From assembly GCF_032444005.1 (NCBI RefSeq), contig NC_091286.1:457064001-457128000 (forward strand): a stretch of DNA of 64,000 bases, written 5' to 3'. Under the pieces are notes generated by a model that saw only the letters and a list, made by a program, of their open reading frames with translations, was not told where the DNA came from and made no database searches. Origin of the DNA: Ranitomeya imitator (taxonomy: Eukaryota). Position numbers and translations under genes: made by a program. Below, piece after piece: positions 10,800 to 22,500 of this stretch (the first letter of the stretch is position 1; each line of letters opens with the position of its first letter).

Positions 10800-12299
10800 C
10801 TATCTCTGAAAGTCTCTCAAGTGGGTGCTGTCGTGGCGAAGAGAAAACACCGGATTACGTACCGGTAATGCTCTTTTATAGAGCCACGACAGCACCCCTT
10901 CACTACCCACCCTTATAGGTTTTTTATTTAGAAGCACGGTTAAGGGTGTTTGGTTCTTGTAGTTAGCCATACTTAAGTTAACTAGTTATAAACGATGATA
11001 TTGAATGACCTACTAAAGTCTGGTGGGCGGTTCCTCGCAATCTCTGTAAACCCAACTGTGGGAGCGAGGGGGACCGCCCCTTTTATTCTCTCCATAGGGT
11101 TTCCTGTTCCTAGGGGCGGATCCCCTCTCTCAAGTGGGTGCTGTCGTGGCTCTATAAAAGAGCATTACCGGTACGTAATCCGTTGTTTCCCTCAGATTCC
11201 TCCACTCCTGACTTTGGCTAATACTAAACGTGTGCACGTGGCCTCATAGGAGTCTATAACTATTTGTAATAATAATAATAAACTTCATTTTTTTGCTTTT
11301 TTTTTATTCTGATGCATTAAGTTTTAACTTGATAGTTCTTGATCACAGCTTTGCTGGGATAAAAAAATGAGTTTGATATGTACAGTTATGATTAATGAGT
11401 CAGTAAACCATAATCTTTTTTAAATCATTTTGTCCACCATGGAAAGTTATGAAACTGTGGAAATCACTTTAGTAGGGGATTAGTTTCATTCCTGTAAAAA
11501 ATGCATATAACTGGCTTTGAAACCCTTGCGTTTCCCAACTCATTTCCCTGCCTTCAGCTGCATTGATATCAGAGCATATTTATATATTTATTTGGAGTAC
11601 AGATGTTGGCAGTGAAAGGGTCAGGCACTGTGCCCTCCTCCGAATATTGTACTTATCAGGACAATCTCCTGAAGCAATTCGGCAATGCTCAATAGATTCT
11701 TATCACTGTGACAAGTGTGTTCACAATCTTTGATCAGAAGTAAGGAGCTGGCAAGAGAGTGCACTGTGAAAAGCAGAGGCCACATGGTGGGTATTCTTAC
11801 AATGCGCACTGACAGTGCGCACTCTTGTCGGCTCCTGATTAGAGCCAGAGCAGGAGACTGGAGAAAAGCAGGGGTATGGAAGTCAATTGTATGCATTTTA
11901 ATTTACAGGAATGAAGATAAATCCTCTGATAACATGCTTTGAAAAGTTTCAAAACTTCCCATGCTAGACAAAATTATTCACAAAAAAATAAAGTTTACAT
12001 ATGGTTTTCACACAAATTACATTTTAATTACTAGATCTTGGAATAATAAGTTTCACATGTGGATGTGTTAATTTTTCTTGTGCTGAGATTTTTTTTTGCA
12101 AACGTATTTTCGCCTAGTAAAACCTTGTAGGGTCCACTAGTGTCTTCAAGACCTCATGTGCACATATCGTAAATGTAAATTTAAAAGACTACAATGTACT
12201 TGAATGCTGCAGCCAATCACTGGCCCTAAAGTTCTGTTGTAGCAGGGGAAATACATTTTGAAGTTCTACATGAGTCTGGAAGTGCATTGGTTGTGTAGC

Positions 12300-13270
12300 A
12301 GAGAGCAGGAGAGTGGTGGAGGGGCTGAGGTGGCTGAAGCGAAAAGCAGGAGAGTGGAGGAGGGACCTGGGTGGCTGAAGCGAAGAGCAGGAGAGTGGAG
12401 GAGGGACCTGGGTGGCTGAAGTGAAGAGCAGGAGAGTGGAGGAGGGACCGGGGTGGCTGAAGGGAAGAGCAGGAGAGTGGAGGAGGGACCGGGGTGGCTG
12501 AAGCGAAGAGCAGGAGAGTGGAGGAGGGACCGGGGTGGCTGAAGGGAAGAGCAGGAGAGTGGAGGAGGGACCGGGGTGGCTGAAGGGAAGAGCAGGAGAG
12601 TGGAGGAGGGACCGGGGTGGCTGAAGCGAAGAGCAGGAGAGTGGAGGAGGGACCGGGGTGGCTGAAGCGAAGAGCAGGAGAGTGGAGGAGGGACCGGGGT
12701 GGCTGAAGCGAAGAGCAGGAGAGTGGAGGAGGGACCGGGGTGGCTGAAGCGAAGAGCAGGAGAGTGGAGGAGGGACCGGGGTGGCTGAAGCGAAGAGCAG
12801 GAGAGTGCAGGAGGGACCGGGGTGACTGAAGGGAAGAGCAGGAGAGTGGAGGAGGGACCGGGGTGGCTGAAGGGAAGAGCAGGAGAGTGGAGGAGGGACC
12901 GGGGTGGCTGAAGCGAAGAGCAGGAGAGTGCAGGAGGGACTGGGGTGACTGAAGGGAAGAGCAGGAGAGTGGAGGAGGGACCGGGGTGGCTGAAGGGAAG
13001 AGCAGGAGAGTGGAGGAGGGACCGGGGTGGCTGAAGCGAAGAGCAGGAGAGTGGAGGAGGGACCGGGGTGGCTGAAGCGAAGAGCAGGAGAGTGGAGGAG
13101 GGACCGTGGTGGCTGAAGGGAAGAGCAGGAGAGTGGAGGAGGGACCGGGGTGGCTGAAGCGAAGAGCAGGAGAGTGGAGGAGGGACCGGGGTGGCTGAAG
13201 CGAAGAGCAGGAGAGTGGAGGAGGGACCGGGGTGACTGAAGGGAAGAGCAGGAGAGTGGAGGAGAGACCA
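12300..13270. repeat. 41-bp purine-rich minisatellite, about 23 copies
   Basis: gagcaggagagtggaggagggaccggggtggctgaagcgaa repeated; period measured from 12631 to 12672. Confidence 0.95.
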
Positions 13271-14100
13271 GGGAAGCAGAGAACTGAGCAGGCCGAAGTA
13301 AATGAGGAGAGGAAGAGAGCGGAGGAGGGGCCAATTGTGTGAAGTGGAAAGCAGGAGAGTGAGGAAGGGGCCTGAGTGACTGAAGAGAGAGCAGGTTAGG
13401 TGTCCGGTGACTAAAGCAGAGAGCAGAGGAGGGGCTGGGGTGAGAGAAGTGCTAGGTTATGCAGGAGAGGGAAGTGTTTCAAAGAGCCTTAGCCACCCAA
13501 TTTAAATACCAGCCTGACTCTGTGTGCAGGAGAAGTCTCATGAGTGGTATTACCATGATGCTTTAAAAAAGAAAACAAAACCTGACACTGCCTGCACAGT
13601 CATCTACTCTTATTCAGGTAATATTGTGACATGTGGTCAGCATTTAACTTGAAAATATCTTCTAGGTGTTACATCATTATAAAAACATTTCTTTTAATAT
13701 AAGTACATTAAAGATGTAGCATTTTTCACAATTTTTCTATAAACGTGATATCCACCTAAATTAATCTGGGGCATCTCACTTTAAGCCATCATCTATCTCA
13801 TAAACAGATTTTCCTATCCCATTGATACTTTAATTCTTCATTTTGGTCATTTACTGCTGTTTTTCTACTTTGATTCTATCAAGTTTCTGAGAGCAGGTTT
13901 TTGTTTTGTGGAAGAAACCGTGAAGCCTTATGTGAGCAGTGATGGCAGCGCTGCTTTGTGAGCTGCGGGAAGCAGTGCCACATCGACAAAACATTGATAC
14001 AAAATACTACTTTTCTTGCACCGTGTTTATTTTTTTGCAAAATGTGTGTTATTTGGCCAATAACACAGACAGGGGGTCTTTATTATAACTCTTCTTCCAG

Positions 14101-14247
14101 TCTCTTTGTAGGGCTAGAGAAAAAGAAATTGAAAGTGAAGAACATTTTAAGACTCTATCAGAAAGGGAGATTGGGCGTCTTACGCAAGAAATGCATCGTC
14201 TTGAAAATGAGCTGGTATCCTTGAGAGAAAAGAAAAATAGTCAAGAA
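14101..14247 (+). CDS. CCDC39: CCDC39 coding exon (exon 3), 147 bp
   Basis: [49 protein letters not shown]; ttccag acceptor and gtaagg donor; phase 0. Confidence 0.95.
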
Positions 14248-15955
14248 GTAAGGGTCATTCTTGTATGTTTATTTTTCTTTCCACAGGGTTATGCATTCAA
14301 TGTGAATACAGAGGTTTTACTTAGCCGTGGACGTTATTTTTATTATGTACAGTATACAACAGACTAATATAAATGAAGGCATTATAACAATAGAACATAA
14401 TGACTATTTGAATTTGTTACATTTGGATTTCATAGCTTTCAATAACTGAATAATCATATTTAAATTAGAAAATGGAAAATCCTAAATAATAAGAAGGATC
14501 ATATATGTATACTGTCTATATGTATTTATGTGTTACATATATGCATCGCCCCAGAGTCCTGGTCGTTGCAGTAATGTCGCTCTGCCACTAAGGGGAGTGA
14601 TGTTATGTCTGATTGCACTAAAGGAGTTCACCTGACCAGGTATCACAGTCAATAACGATGAACTCCGGCACTCAAAGATCAAGTTCATATAATTCTTTAA
14701 TAAGAGAACAATGATTTTCCATAACAGAGATATTCCATAATCAGCAAGCTTCATACGATGCCATAAAAAATGTGGACATGAGGATTTTTGTTTCACAGAC
14801 AATTAATACAACGTTTCGGCTATATGCCTGTTTCAAGTTAAGTCTGTGTTCTGAAACATACAAAAAGAAAATACATTATAACAGCTGATATGGTAAAAAA
14901 GGAAAAGAAAAAGAAAAAAGGAAAAAGAAGGAAAAAAGGAAAAAAAAGGAAAAAAAGAAGAACTAGACCATCCAGGTCAAAGATATAGGAAACACCAAAC
15001 GGAGCCAATAATGGCTAATAATGGCTACCACCAAAAGGAATAGGAGGTCAACACTCGGGAAAAGGAAAACCACTCTGGAATATAGCATACATACATGTGA
15101 GGGAAGTCATTGCAGACATATGCTATACTCATATGGAGATAGCTCAATAGAAAGAAAAACGAAATCCCCCTGCAAAAAATATATATGTATATACATAAAA
15201 AACATGATCGCCACCTAAACTAAGGAAAATGACCAACAGATCTCAGTCTAAGCTATGAAACAAACTACCTGAGGATAACAATCCGACGGCACAGCTTGCG
15301 GAGCTGTAGGGCAGCAGGAGCCCAATAGAGTCCGGGACGTGGGGGATCACCGTGATCCGAAACGGGAATGAAGAGAAGGACAAGGAGCGCCCTTTTTATC
15401 ATGATCGCGCCGGTGCGAGGTACTTCCGGGTGCAGAGTTCAGGAAAAAATGGAAAATGCGCACGCGCGAGTATGGTGCCGGTATGAGCGAAAGTGTGCAT
15501 GCGTCCAAACTTCAAGAAGAAAACCCCTTTTACTCCAGCGTGTACGTGCGTGGGCTGTGATTCACAGAAAGAAGATGGCTTAGTAAAGGTGCGCAAGTGT
15601 CCAAGGAGATCCGGGGACTAAATTTATCGGCTCTCAGCTCCTGCATACTGCGGAATAAAAGAAAAAAGAATCAATGAGTGGGTAAAAAAGAAACTAACCT
15701 ATAATAAGCAACAGGGGAAAGGGAAAAAAGGGGAGAAAAAAGAAAAGAGAAAAAAAGGGGAAGAAAAGGAAAAAAACAAGGAAATGAGCACACAAATATT
15801 AGTATACATGACAGATAACAATATGACCATACTGCCGGAATCCAAAGGAACAGCAACCTGAAGATTAGACCATAGGTTATAGATGTAGTACCCTAATAAA
15901 AATGAAGAACCCTAATAAATAATCAGGGGATAATCAGGGAATGATCAAGAGATAG

Positions 15956-16332
15956 TCAATGTGAAAACTCGTACTCCCTGTTCAGACCCAAGGGAGATAG
16001 AGTCTGCAGGGAGTATATCCAGAACGACTCACGTTCTTTTAATTTCTTAATACGGTCACCTCCTCTTCTCATAATGGGCACATGATCGATAATTTGATAT
16101 CTCAGTTGAGAGATCTGATGTTTACATTCCAAGAAGTGAGCAGGGATAGGGAGTAGGGTACGACCACAGCGTATTGTGGATTTATGCTGGGAAATGCGGT
16201 CTCGGATATGTTGGGTAGTCTCACCAACATATCCGAGACCGCAGGGGCACTTAATAAGGTAAACGACATATGTAGAGTCGCAAGTATAGTGGCCTTGTAT
16301 TGGAAATTTCCTTCCTGATCGAGGGTGTGTAA
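15956..16332 (-). CDS. Inverted copy of the PLE GIY-YIG endonuclease fragment
   Basis: Same peptide from THP to EYEFSH on the opposite strand. Confidence 0.85.
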
Positions 16333-16957
16333 TTTTCAGATTAGTCGCTGTATTTTGAAACATTGGAATGTCTTTCAGAGGGCATATCCCCAGGTTCCTG
16401 AATTTCTTAACAAACCAATCAGGTGTTATAAAAGAACACAGAATCTTAGGAATCATTTGGTACGGGCGGATGTGGGTCCCTCCAGAGAACTGAAACAACA
16501 ATTTCTTTCTACGCCACGGTATGGTACCTTCCCATGCTTAAGCTGCCTCCAATGCTCTAATATCACCAAAGGTGACTTTTTTACACACCCTCAATCAGGA
16601 AGGAAATTTCCAATACAAGGCCACTATACTTGCGACTCTACATATGTCGTTTACCTTATTAAGTGCCCCTGCGGTCTCGGATATGTTGGTGAGACTACCC
16701 AACATATCCGAGACCGCATTTCCCAGCATAAATCCACAATACGCTGTGGTCGTACCCTACTCCCTATCCCTGCTCACTTCTTGGAATGTAAACATCAGAT
16801 CTCTCAACTGAGATATCAAATTATCGATCATGTGCCCATTATGAGAAGAGGAGGTGACCGTATTAAGAAATTAAAAGAACGTGAGTCGTTCTGGATATAC
16901 TCCCTGCAGACTCTATCTCCCTTGGGTCTGAACAGGGAGTACGAGTTTTCACATTGA
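16333..16957 (+). CDS. 5'-truncated PLE ORF: Cys linker plus GIY-YIG endonuclease
   Basis: PCLSCLQC linker; VVYLIKCPCGLGYVGET...RISQH...ERESFWIYSLQTLSPLGLN. Confidence 0.88.
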
Positions 16958-18061
16958 CTATCTCTTGATCATTCCCTGATTATCCCCTGATTATTTATTA
17001 GGGTTCTTCATTTTTATTAGGGTACTACATCTATAACCTATGGTCTAATCTTCAGGTTGCTGTTCCTTCGGATTCCGGCAGTATGGTCATATTGTTATCT
17101 GTCATGTATACTAATATTTGTGTGCTCATTTCCTTGTTTTTTTCCTTTTCTTCCCCTTTTTTTCTCTTTTTTTTTTTCTCCCCTTTTTTCCCTTTCCCCT
17201 GTTGCTTATTATAGGTTAGTTTCTTTTTTACCCACTCATTGATTCTTTTTTCTTTTATTCCGCAGTATGCAGGAGCTGAGAGCCGATAAATTTAGTCCCC
17301 GGATCTCCTTGGACACTTGCGCACCTTTACTAAGCCATCTTCTTTCTGTGAATCACAGCCCACGCATGTACACGCTGGAGTAAAAGGGGTTTTCTTCTTG
17401 AAGTTTGGACGCATGCGCACTTTCGCTCATACCGGCACCATACTCGCGCGTGCGCATTTTCCATTTTTTCCTGAACTCTGCACCCGGAAGTACCTCGCAC
17501 CGGCGCGATCATGATAAAAAGGGCGCTCCTTGTCCTTCTCTTCATTCCCGTTTCGGATCACGGTGATCCCCCACGTCCCGGACTCTATTGGGCTCCTGCT
17601 GCCCTACAGCTCCGCAAGCTGTGCCGTCGGATTGTTATCCTCAGGTAGTTTGTTTCATAGCTTAGACTGAGATCTGTTGGTCATTTTCCTTAGTTTAGGT
17701 GGCGATCATGTTTTTTATGTATATACATATATATTTTTTGCAGGGGGATTTCGTTTTTCTTTCTATTGAGCTATCTCCATATGAGTATAGCATATGTCTG
17801 CAGTGACTTCCCTCACATGTATGTATGCTATATTCCAGAGCGGTTTTCCTTTTCCTGAGTGTTGACCTCCTATTCCTTTTGGTTGTAGCCATTATTAGCC
17901 ATTATTGGCTCCGTTTGGTGTTTCCTATATCTTTGAACAGGATGGTCTAGTTCTTCTTTTTTTCCTGTTTTCCTTCTTTTTCCTTTTTTCTTTTTTCTTT
18001 TTCTTTTCCTTTTTTACCATATCAGCTGTTATAATGTATTTTCTTTTTGTATGTTTCAGAA

Positions 18062-18115
18062 CACAGACTTAACTTGAAAAAGGCATATAGCCGAAACGTT
18101 GTATTAATTGTCTGT
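18062..18115 (+). ncRNA. Hammerhead-like motif with U3:A8 core variant (mirror copy on the - strand at about 14797-14850)
   Basis: acagacttaac-TTGAAAA-a-GGC-atata-GCC-GAAACGTT-gtattaattgtctgt; perfect stem II and an acagac/gtctgt closing stem. Confidence 0.5.
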
Positions 18116-19501
18116 GAAACAAAAATCCTCATGTCCACATTTTTTATGGCATCGTATGAAGCTTGCTGATTATGGAATATCTCTGTTATGGAAAATCATT
18201 ATTCTCTTATTAAAGAATTATATGAACTTGATCTTTGAGTGCCGGAGTTCATCGTTATAGACTACTTATATTTCTCCAGAGCACCTATATAAACTGTGAG
18301 CACCCCATTAGCTACGTGTCAGGTATCACAGTCACACATTACACTTCACACTCCGGCCACCAGGGGGAGCAAAAGGCACTATGTATTAGGCCACTCCTCA
18401 CACTTTGGTAAAACTGGGGGTTGGATAGGAAGTTAAGAAAGAACGCAGCCTGGGAGAGCTCCAGGGAGGACCTGTCAGGGGTGGGTTCCTGGCAGGAACT
18501 TAGCAGAAAGGACAACGTTATGGAGCCACGCCTGCACTACCTTGCGGCGGCATCCTAAGGAAGGACACGAAGCGAAGGATATTGTGGAGAAGTGAGAAAC
18601 GAAATCGCAGCACAAGGAGATAACCAGTAGGAGTCGTGCCCCGAGATCAGCAACATCTTACTGAGGCGCGTAGCCGGTGGCCGGAACGCCGAGGAAGTAA
18701 CAGACTTCAAGCATTACTTCAAACAGCGGCAGGACAGTTGATTATAGGTTGGCTGCCTACCTTACATCACCTAAGCAGACATAGGGGGCAAACGTGGAGA
18801 GGGGCGTCTCTAGGGTCCCAGAATAGCTCCGAGTCTACCCGTCATACGGGTGTGTCCTAGCCAGATAAACTTGGGGGACGGAGAAGAGAAAGAATGAAGG
18901 ACACAGGGAAGGACTACAACACACAGGGGCTAGTTGGTAGGCACTGATTTCCACCTGCAAAGGGAACTCTGGATGTGCGTTCGGACTGGCCGGACTCAGC
19001 CAGCCCTGTTAACAGTGCTCTGGATTGCAGATCCCGAAGTCTTCAGTAAAAAGGTAAAGAGACTGCAACCCTGTGTCATCGTTATTAACTGCGCCTCACA
19101 TCATCGCCACCTACACTGCTGGGAAGCCCTGGGGACATACTTCACCTGTGGGAAAGTATACCATCTAGCTGCCATTCCATCACCCCAGCGGACCCCTAAG
19201 CAGCGTCGGTCACCCGGACCGAATACCACAGGTGGCGTCACGAACCCTTCACAAACCTTCATCACCCTTTCATTGGACGACCCTTAGCAGGGTCATGGAC
19301 CGGGTCCAGCCACCGTGACAACCCCAGCACCGAGACAGAGAGGATCGGTACCGAGTACCCCGCGGCCCTGCGTCTGGGGGCGCTCCTTATACATTTGCTT
19401 TATTTTTATGAAGAATCCAATAAACTTGTATTTCTGGTAAATATGGGATGAACTGGAAGACCAGAAATATAAAAAAAAAACAGTGGTTGGTTTTGTATTA
19501 A

Positions 19502-22500
19502 CCCCTTTCTGACATCGGACGTACTATCCCGTCCATGTGGGGTGGGCCCCTATGACCATGGACGGGATAGTACGTCCAGCGCGATCGGCGGCGCTCACGG
19601 GGGGAGCGCCGCCGATCGCGGCCGGGTGTCAGCTGCCTATCGCAGCTGACATCCGGCACTATGTGCCAGGAGCGGTCACGGACCGCCCCCGGCACATTAA
19701 CCCCTGGCACACCGCGATCAAAGATGATCGCGATGTGCCGGCGGTGCAGAGAAGCACCGCGCAGGGAGGGGGCTCCCTGCGGGCTTCCCTGAGCCCCCCG
19801 CAGCAACGCGATGTGATCGCGTTGCTGCGAGGGTCTTACCTCCCTCCCTCCCTGCTCGAGCCCCGGATCCAAGATGGCCGCGGATCCGGGTCCTGCAGGG
19901 AGGGAGGTGGCTTCACAGAGCCTGCTCAGAGCAGGCACTGTGAAGGCTGCAGCGCTGCATGTCAGATCAGTGATCTGACAGAGTGCTGTGCACACTGTCA
20001 GATCACTGATCTGTGATGTCCCCCCCTGGGACAAAGTAAAAAAGTAAAAAAAAAATTTTCAAATGTGTAAAAAAAATTAAAAAAAATATTCCAAAATAAT
20101 GAAAAAAAAAAAAAAATATTATTCCCATAAATACATTTCTTTATCTAAATTAAAAACAAACAAACAATAAAAGTACACATATTTAGTATCGCCGCGTCCG
20201 TAACGACCCGACCTATAAAACTGGCCCACTAGTTAACCCCTTCAGTAAACACCGTAAGAAAAAAAAAAAAAACCGAGGCAAAAAACAACGCTTAATTAAT
20301 CATACCGCCGAACAAAAAGTGGAATAACACGCGATCAAAAAGACAGATATAAATAACCATGGTACCGCTGAAAACGTCATCTTGTCCCGCAAAAAACGAG
20401 CCGCCATACAGCATCATCAGCAAAAAAATAAAAAAGTTATAGTCCTGAGAATAAAGCGATGCCAAAATAATAATTTTTTCTATAAAATAGTTTTTATCGT
20501 ATAAAAGCGCCAAAACATAAAAAAATGATATAAATGAGGTGTTGCTGTAATCGTACTGACCCGAAGAATAAAACTGCTTTATCAATTTTACCAAACGCGG
20601 AACGGTATAAACGCCTCCCCCAAAAGAAATTCATGAATAGCTGGTTTTTGGTCATTCTGCCTCACAAAAATCGGAATAAAAAGCGATCAAAAAATGTCAC
20701 GTGCCCGAAAATGTTACCAATAAAAACGTCAACTCGTCCCGCAAAAACAAGACCTCACATTACTCTGTGGACCAAAATATAGAAAAATTATAGCTCTCAA
20801 AATGTGGTAACGCAAAAAATATTTTTTGCAATAAAAAGCGTCTTTCAGTGTGTGACGGCTGCCAATCATAAAAATCCGCTAAAAAACCCGCTATAAAAGT
20901 AAATCAAACCCCCCTTCATCACCCCCTTAGTTAGGGAAAAATTAAAAAAATGTATTTATTTCCATNNNNNNNNNNNNNNNNNNNNNNNNNNNNNNNNNNN
21001 NNNNNNNNNNNNNNNNNNNNNNNNNNNNNNNNNNNNNNNNNNNNNNNNNNNNNNNNNNNNNNNNNNNNNNNNNNNNNNNNNNNNNNNNNNNNNNNNNNNN
21101 NNNNNNNNNNNNNNNNNNNNNNNNNNNNNNNNNNNNNNNNNNNNNNNNNNNNTTGGGGCTAAAGTTACAGTTAGGGTTTAGATTACATTTACGGTTGGGA
21201 ATAGGGTTGGGATTAGGGTTAGGGGTGTGTCTGGGTTAGAGGTGTGGTTAGGGTTACTGTTGGGATTAGGGTTAGGGATGTGTTTGGATTAGGGTTTCAG
21301 TTATAATTGTGGGGTTTCCACTGTTTAGGCACATCAGGGGCTCTCCAAACGCGACATGGCGTCCGATCTCAATTCCAGCCAATTCTGCGTTGAAAAAGTA
21401 AAACAGTGCTTCTTCCCTTCCGAGCTCTCCCGTGTGCCCAAACAGGGGTTTACCCCAACATATGGGGTATCAGCGTACTCAGGACAAATAGGACAACAAC
21501 TTTTGGGGTCCAATTTCTCCTGTTACCCTTGGGAAAATACAAAACTCGGGGCTAAAACATATTTTTTGTGGGAAAAAAAAAGATTTTTTATTTTCACGGC
21601 TCTGCGTTATAAACTGTAGTGAAACACTTGGGGGTTCAAAGTTCTCACAACACATCTAGATTAGTTCCCTGGGGGGTCTAGTTTCCAATATGGGGTCACT
21701 TGTTGGGGGTTTCTACTGTTTAGGTACATTAGGGGTTCTGCAAACGCAATGTGACGTCTGCAGACCATTCCATCTAAGTCTGCATTCCAAATGGCGCTCC
21801 TTCCCTTCCGAGCTCTGCCATGCGCTCAAACGGTGGTTTCCCCCAACATACGGGGTATCAGCGTACTCAGGACAAATTGGACAACAACTTTTGGGGTCGA
21901 ATTTCTCCTCTTACCCTCGGGAAAATACAAAACTGTGGGCTAAAAAATAATTTTGGGGGGAAAGATTTTTTTTTTAAATTTTCACGGCTCTGCGTTACAA
22001 ACTGTAGTGAAACACTTGGGGGTTCAAAGCTATCACAACACATCTAGATGAGTTCCTTAGGGGGTCTAGTTTCCAAAATGGTGTCACTTGTGGGAGGTTT
22101 CTACTGTTTAGGTACATTAGGGGCTCTGCAAATGCAATGTGACACCTGCAGACCATTCCATCTAAGTCCTTATTCCAAATGGAGCTCCTTCCCTTCCGAG
22201 CCCTCCCATGCGCCCAAACAGTGGTTCCCCCCCACATATGGGGTATCAGCGCACTCAGGACAAATTGGACAACAAATTGTGGGGTCGAATTTCTCCTGTT
22301 ACCCTCGGGAAAATACAAAACTGGGGGCTAAAAAATAATTTTTGTGGGAAAAAATTTTTGTTTTATTTTTACGGCTCTCCATTATAAACTTCTGTGAAGC
22401 CCTTGGTGGGTCAAAGCGCTCAGCACACATCTAGATAAGTTCCTAAGGGGGTCTACTTTCCAAAATGGTGTCACTTGTGGGGGGTTTCTACTGTTTAGGT

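Larger units (their letters stand above)
5849..11185 (+). mobile_element. DIRS1-like tyrosine-recombinase retrotransposon, structurally complete
   Basis: Left ITR 5849-5960; right ITR 11048-11185; ICR 10814-10897 complementary to both termini; gag-like, pol and YR ORFs; TTT at both junctions. Confidence 0.95.
5742..11243. mobile_element. PIF/Harbinger-type MITE split by the DIRS insertion
   Basis: ggcacgttcacacgt at 5742 and acgtgtgcacgtggcc ending at 11243; TAA/TCA flanks. Confidence 0.6.
14652..18319. mobile_element. Neptune-type Penelope-like element foldback (PLE-2)
   Basis: Inverted arms 14652-16332 and 16581-18258; 248-bp spacer; 61-nt tail 18259-18319; 15-bp TSD caggtatcacagtca at 14637-14651 and 18320-18334; GIY-YIG ORF in each arm. 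Confidence 0.93.
14541..19386. mobile_element. LTR-like element (probable solo LTR) split by PLE-2
   Basis: Short inverted termini cgcccc...ggggcg; the sequence rejoins across the PLE-2 TSD; exact ends and TSD unclear. Confidence 0.45.

Noticed and set aside
12189-13334. 381-aa Pro/Ser-rich ORF
   Set aside because: Translation of the 41-bp minisatellite (41-aa period = 3 units).
14652-18319. Palindromes as assembly artefacts
   Set aside because: The arms differ by substitutions and indels, and each element has a clean TSD and one-sided tail; read-level confirmation is still advisable.
20950-21300. True telomere or chromosome fusion site at the N gap; ORF 20950-21162
   Set aside because: The repeats are degenerate, lie inside a TTAA-bounded element and recur in a second copy; the ORF is made of Ns.
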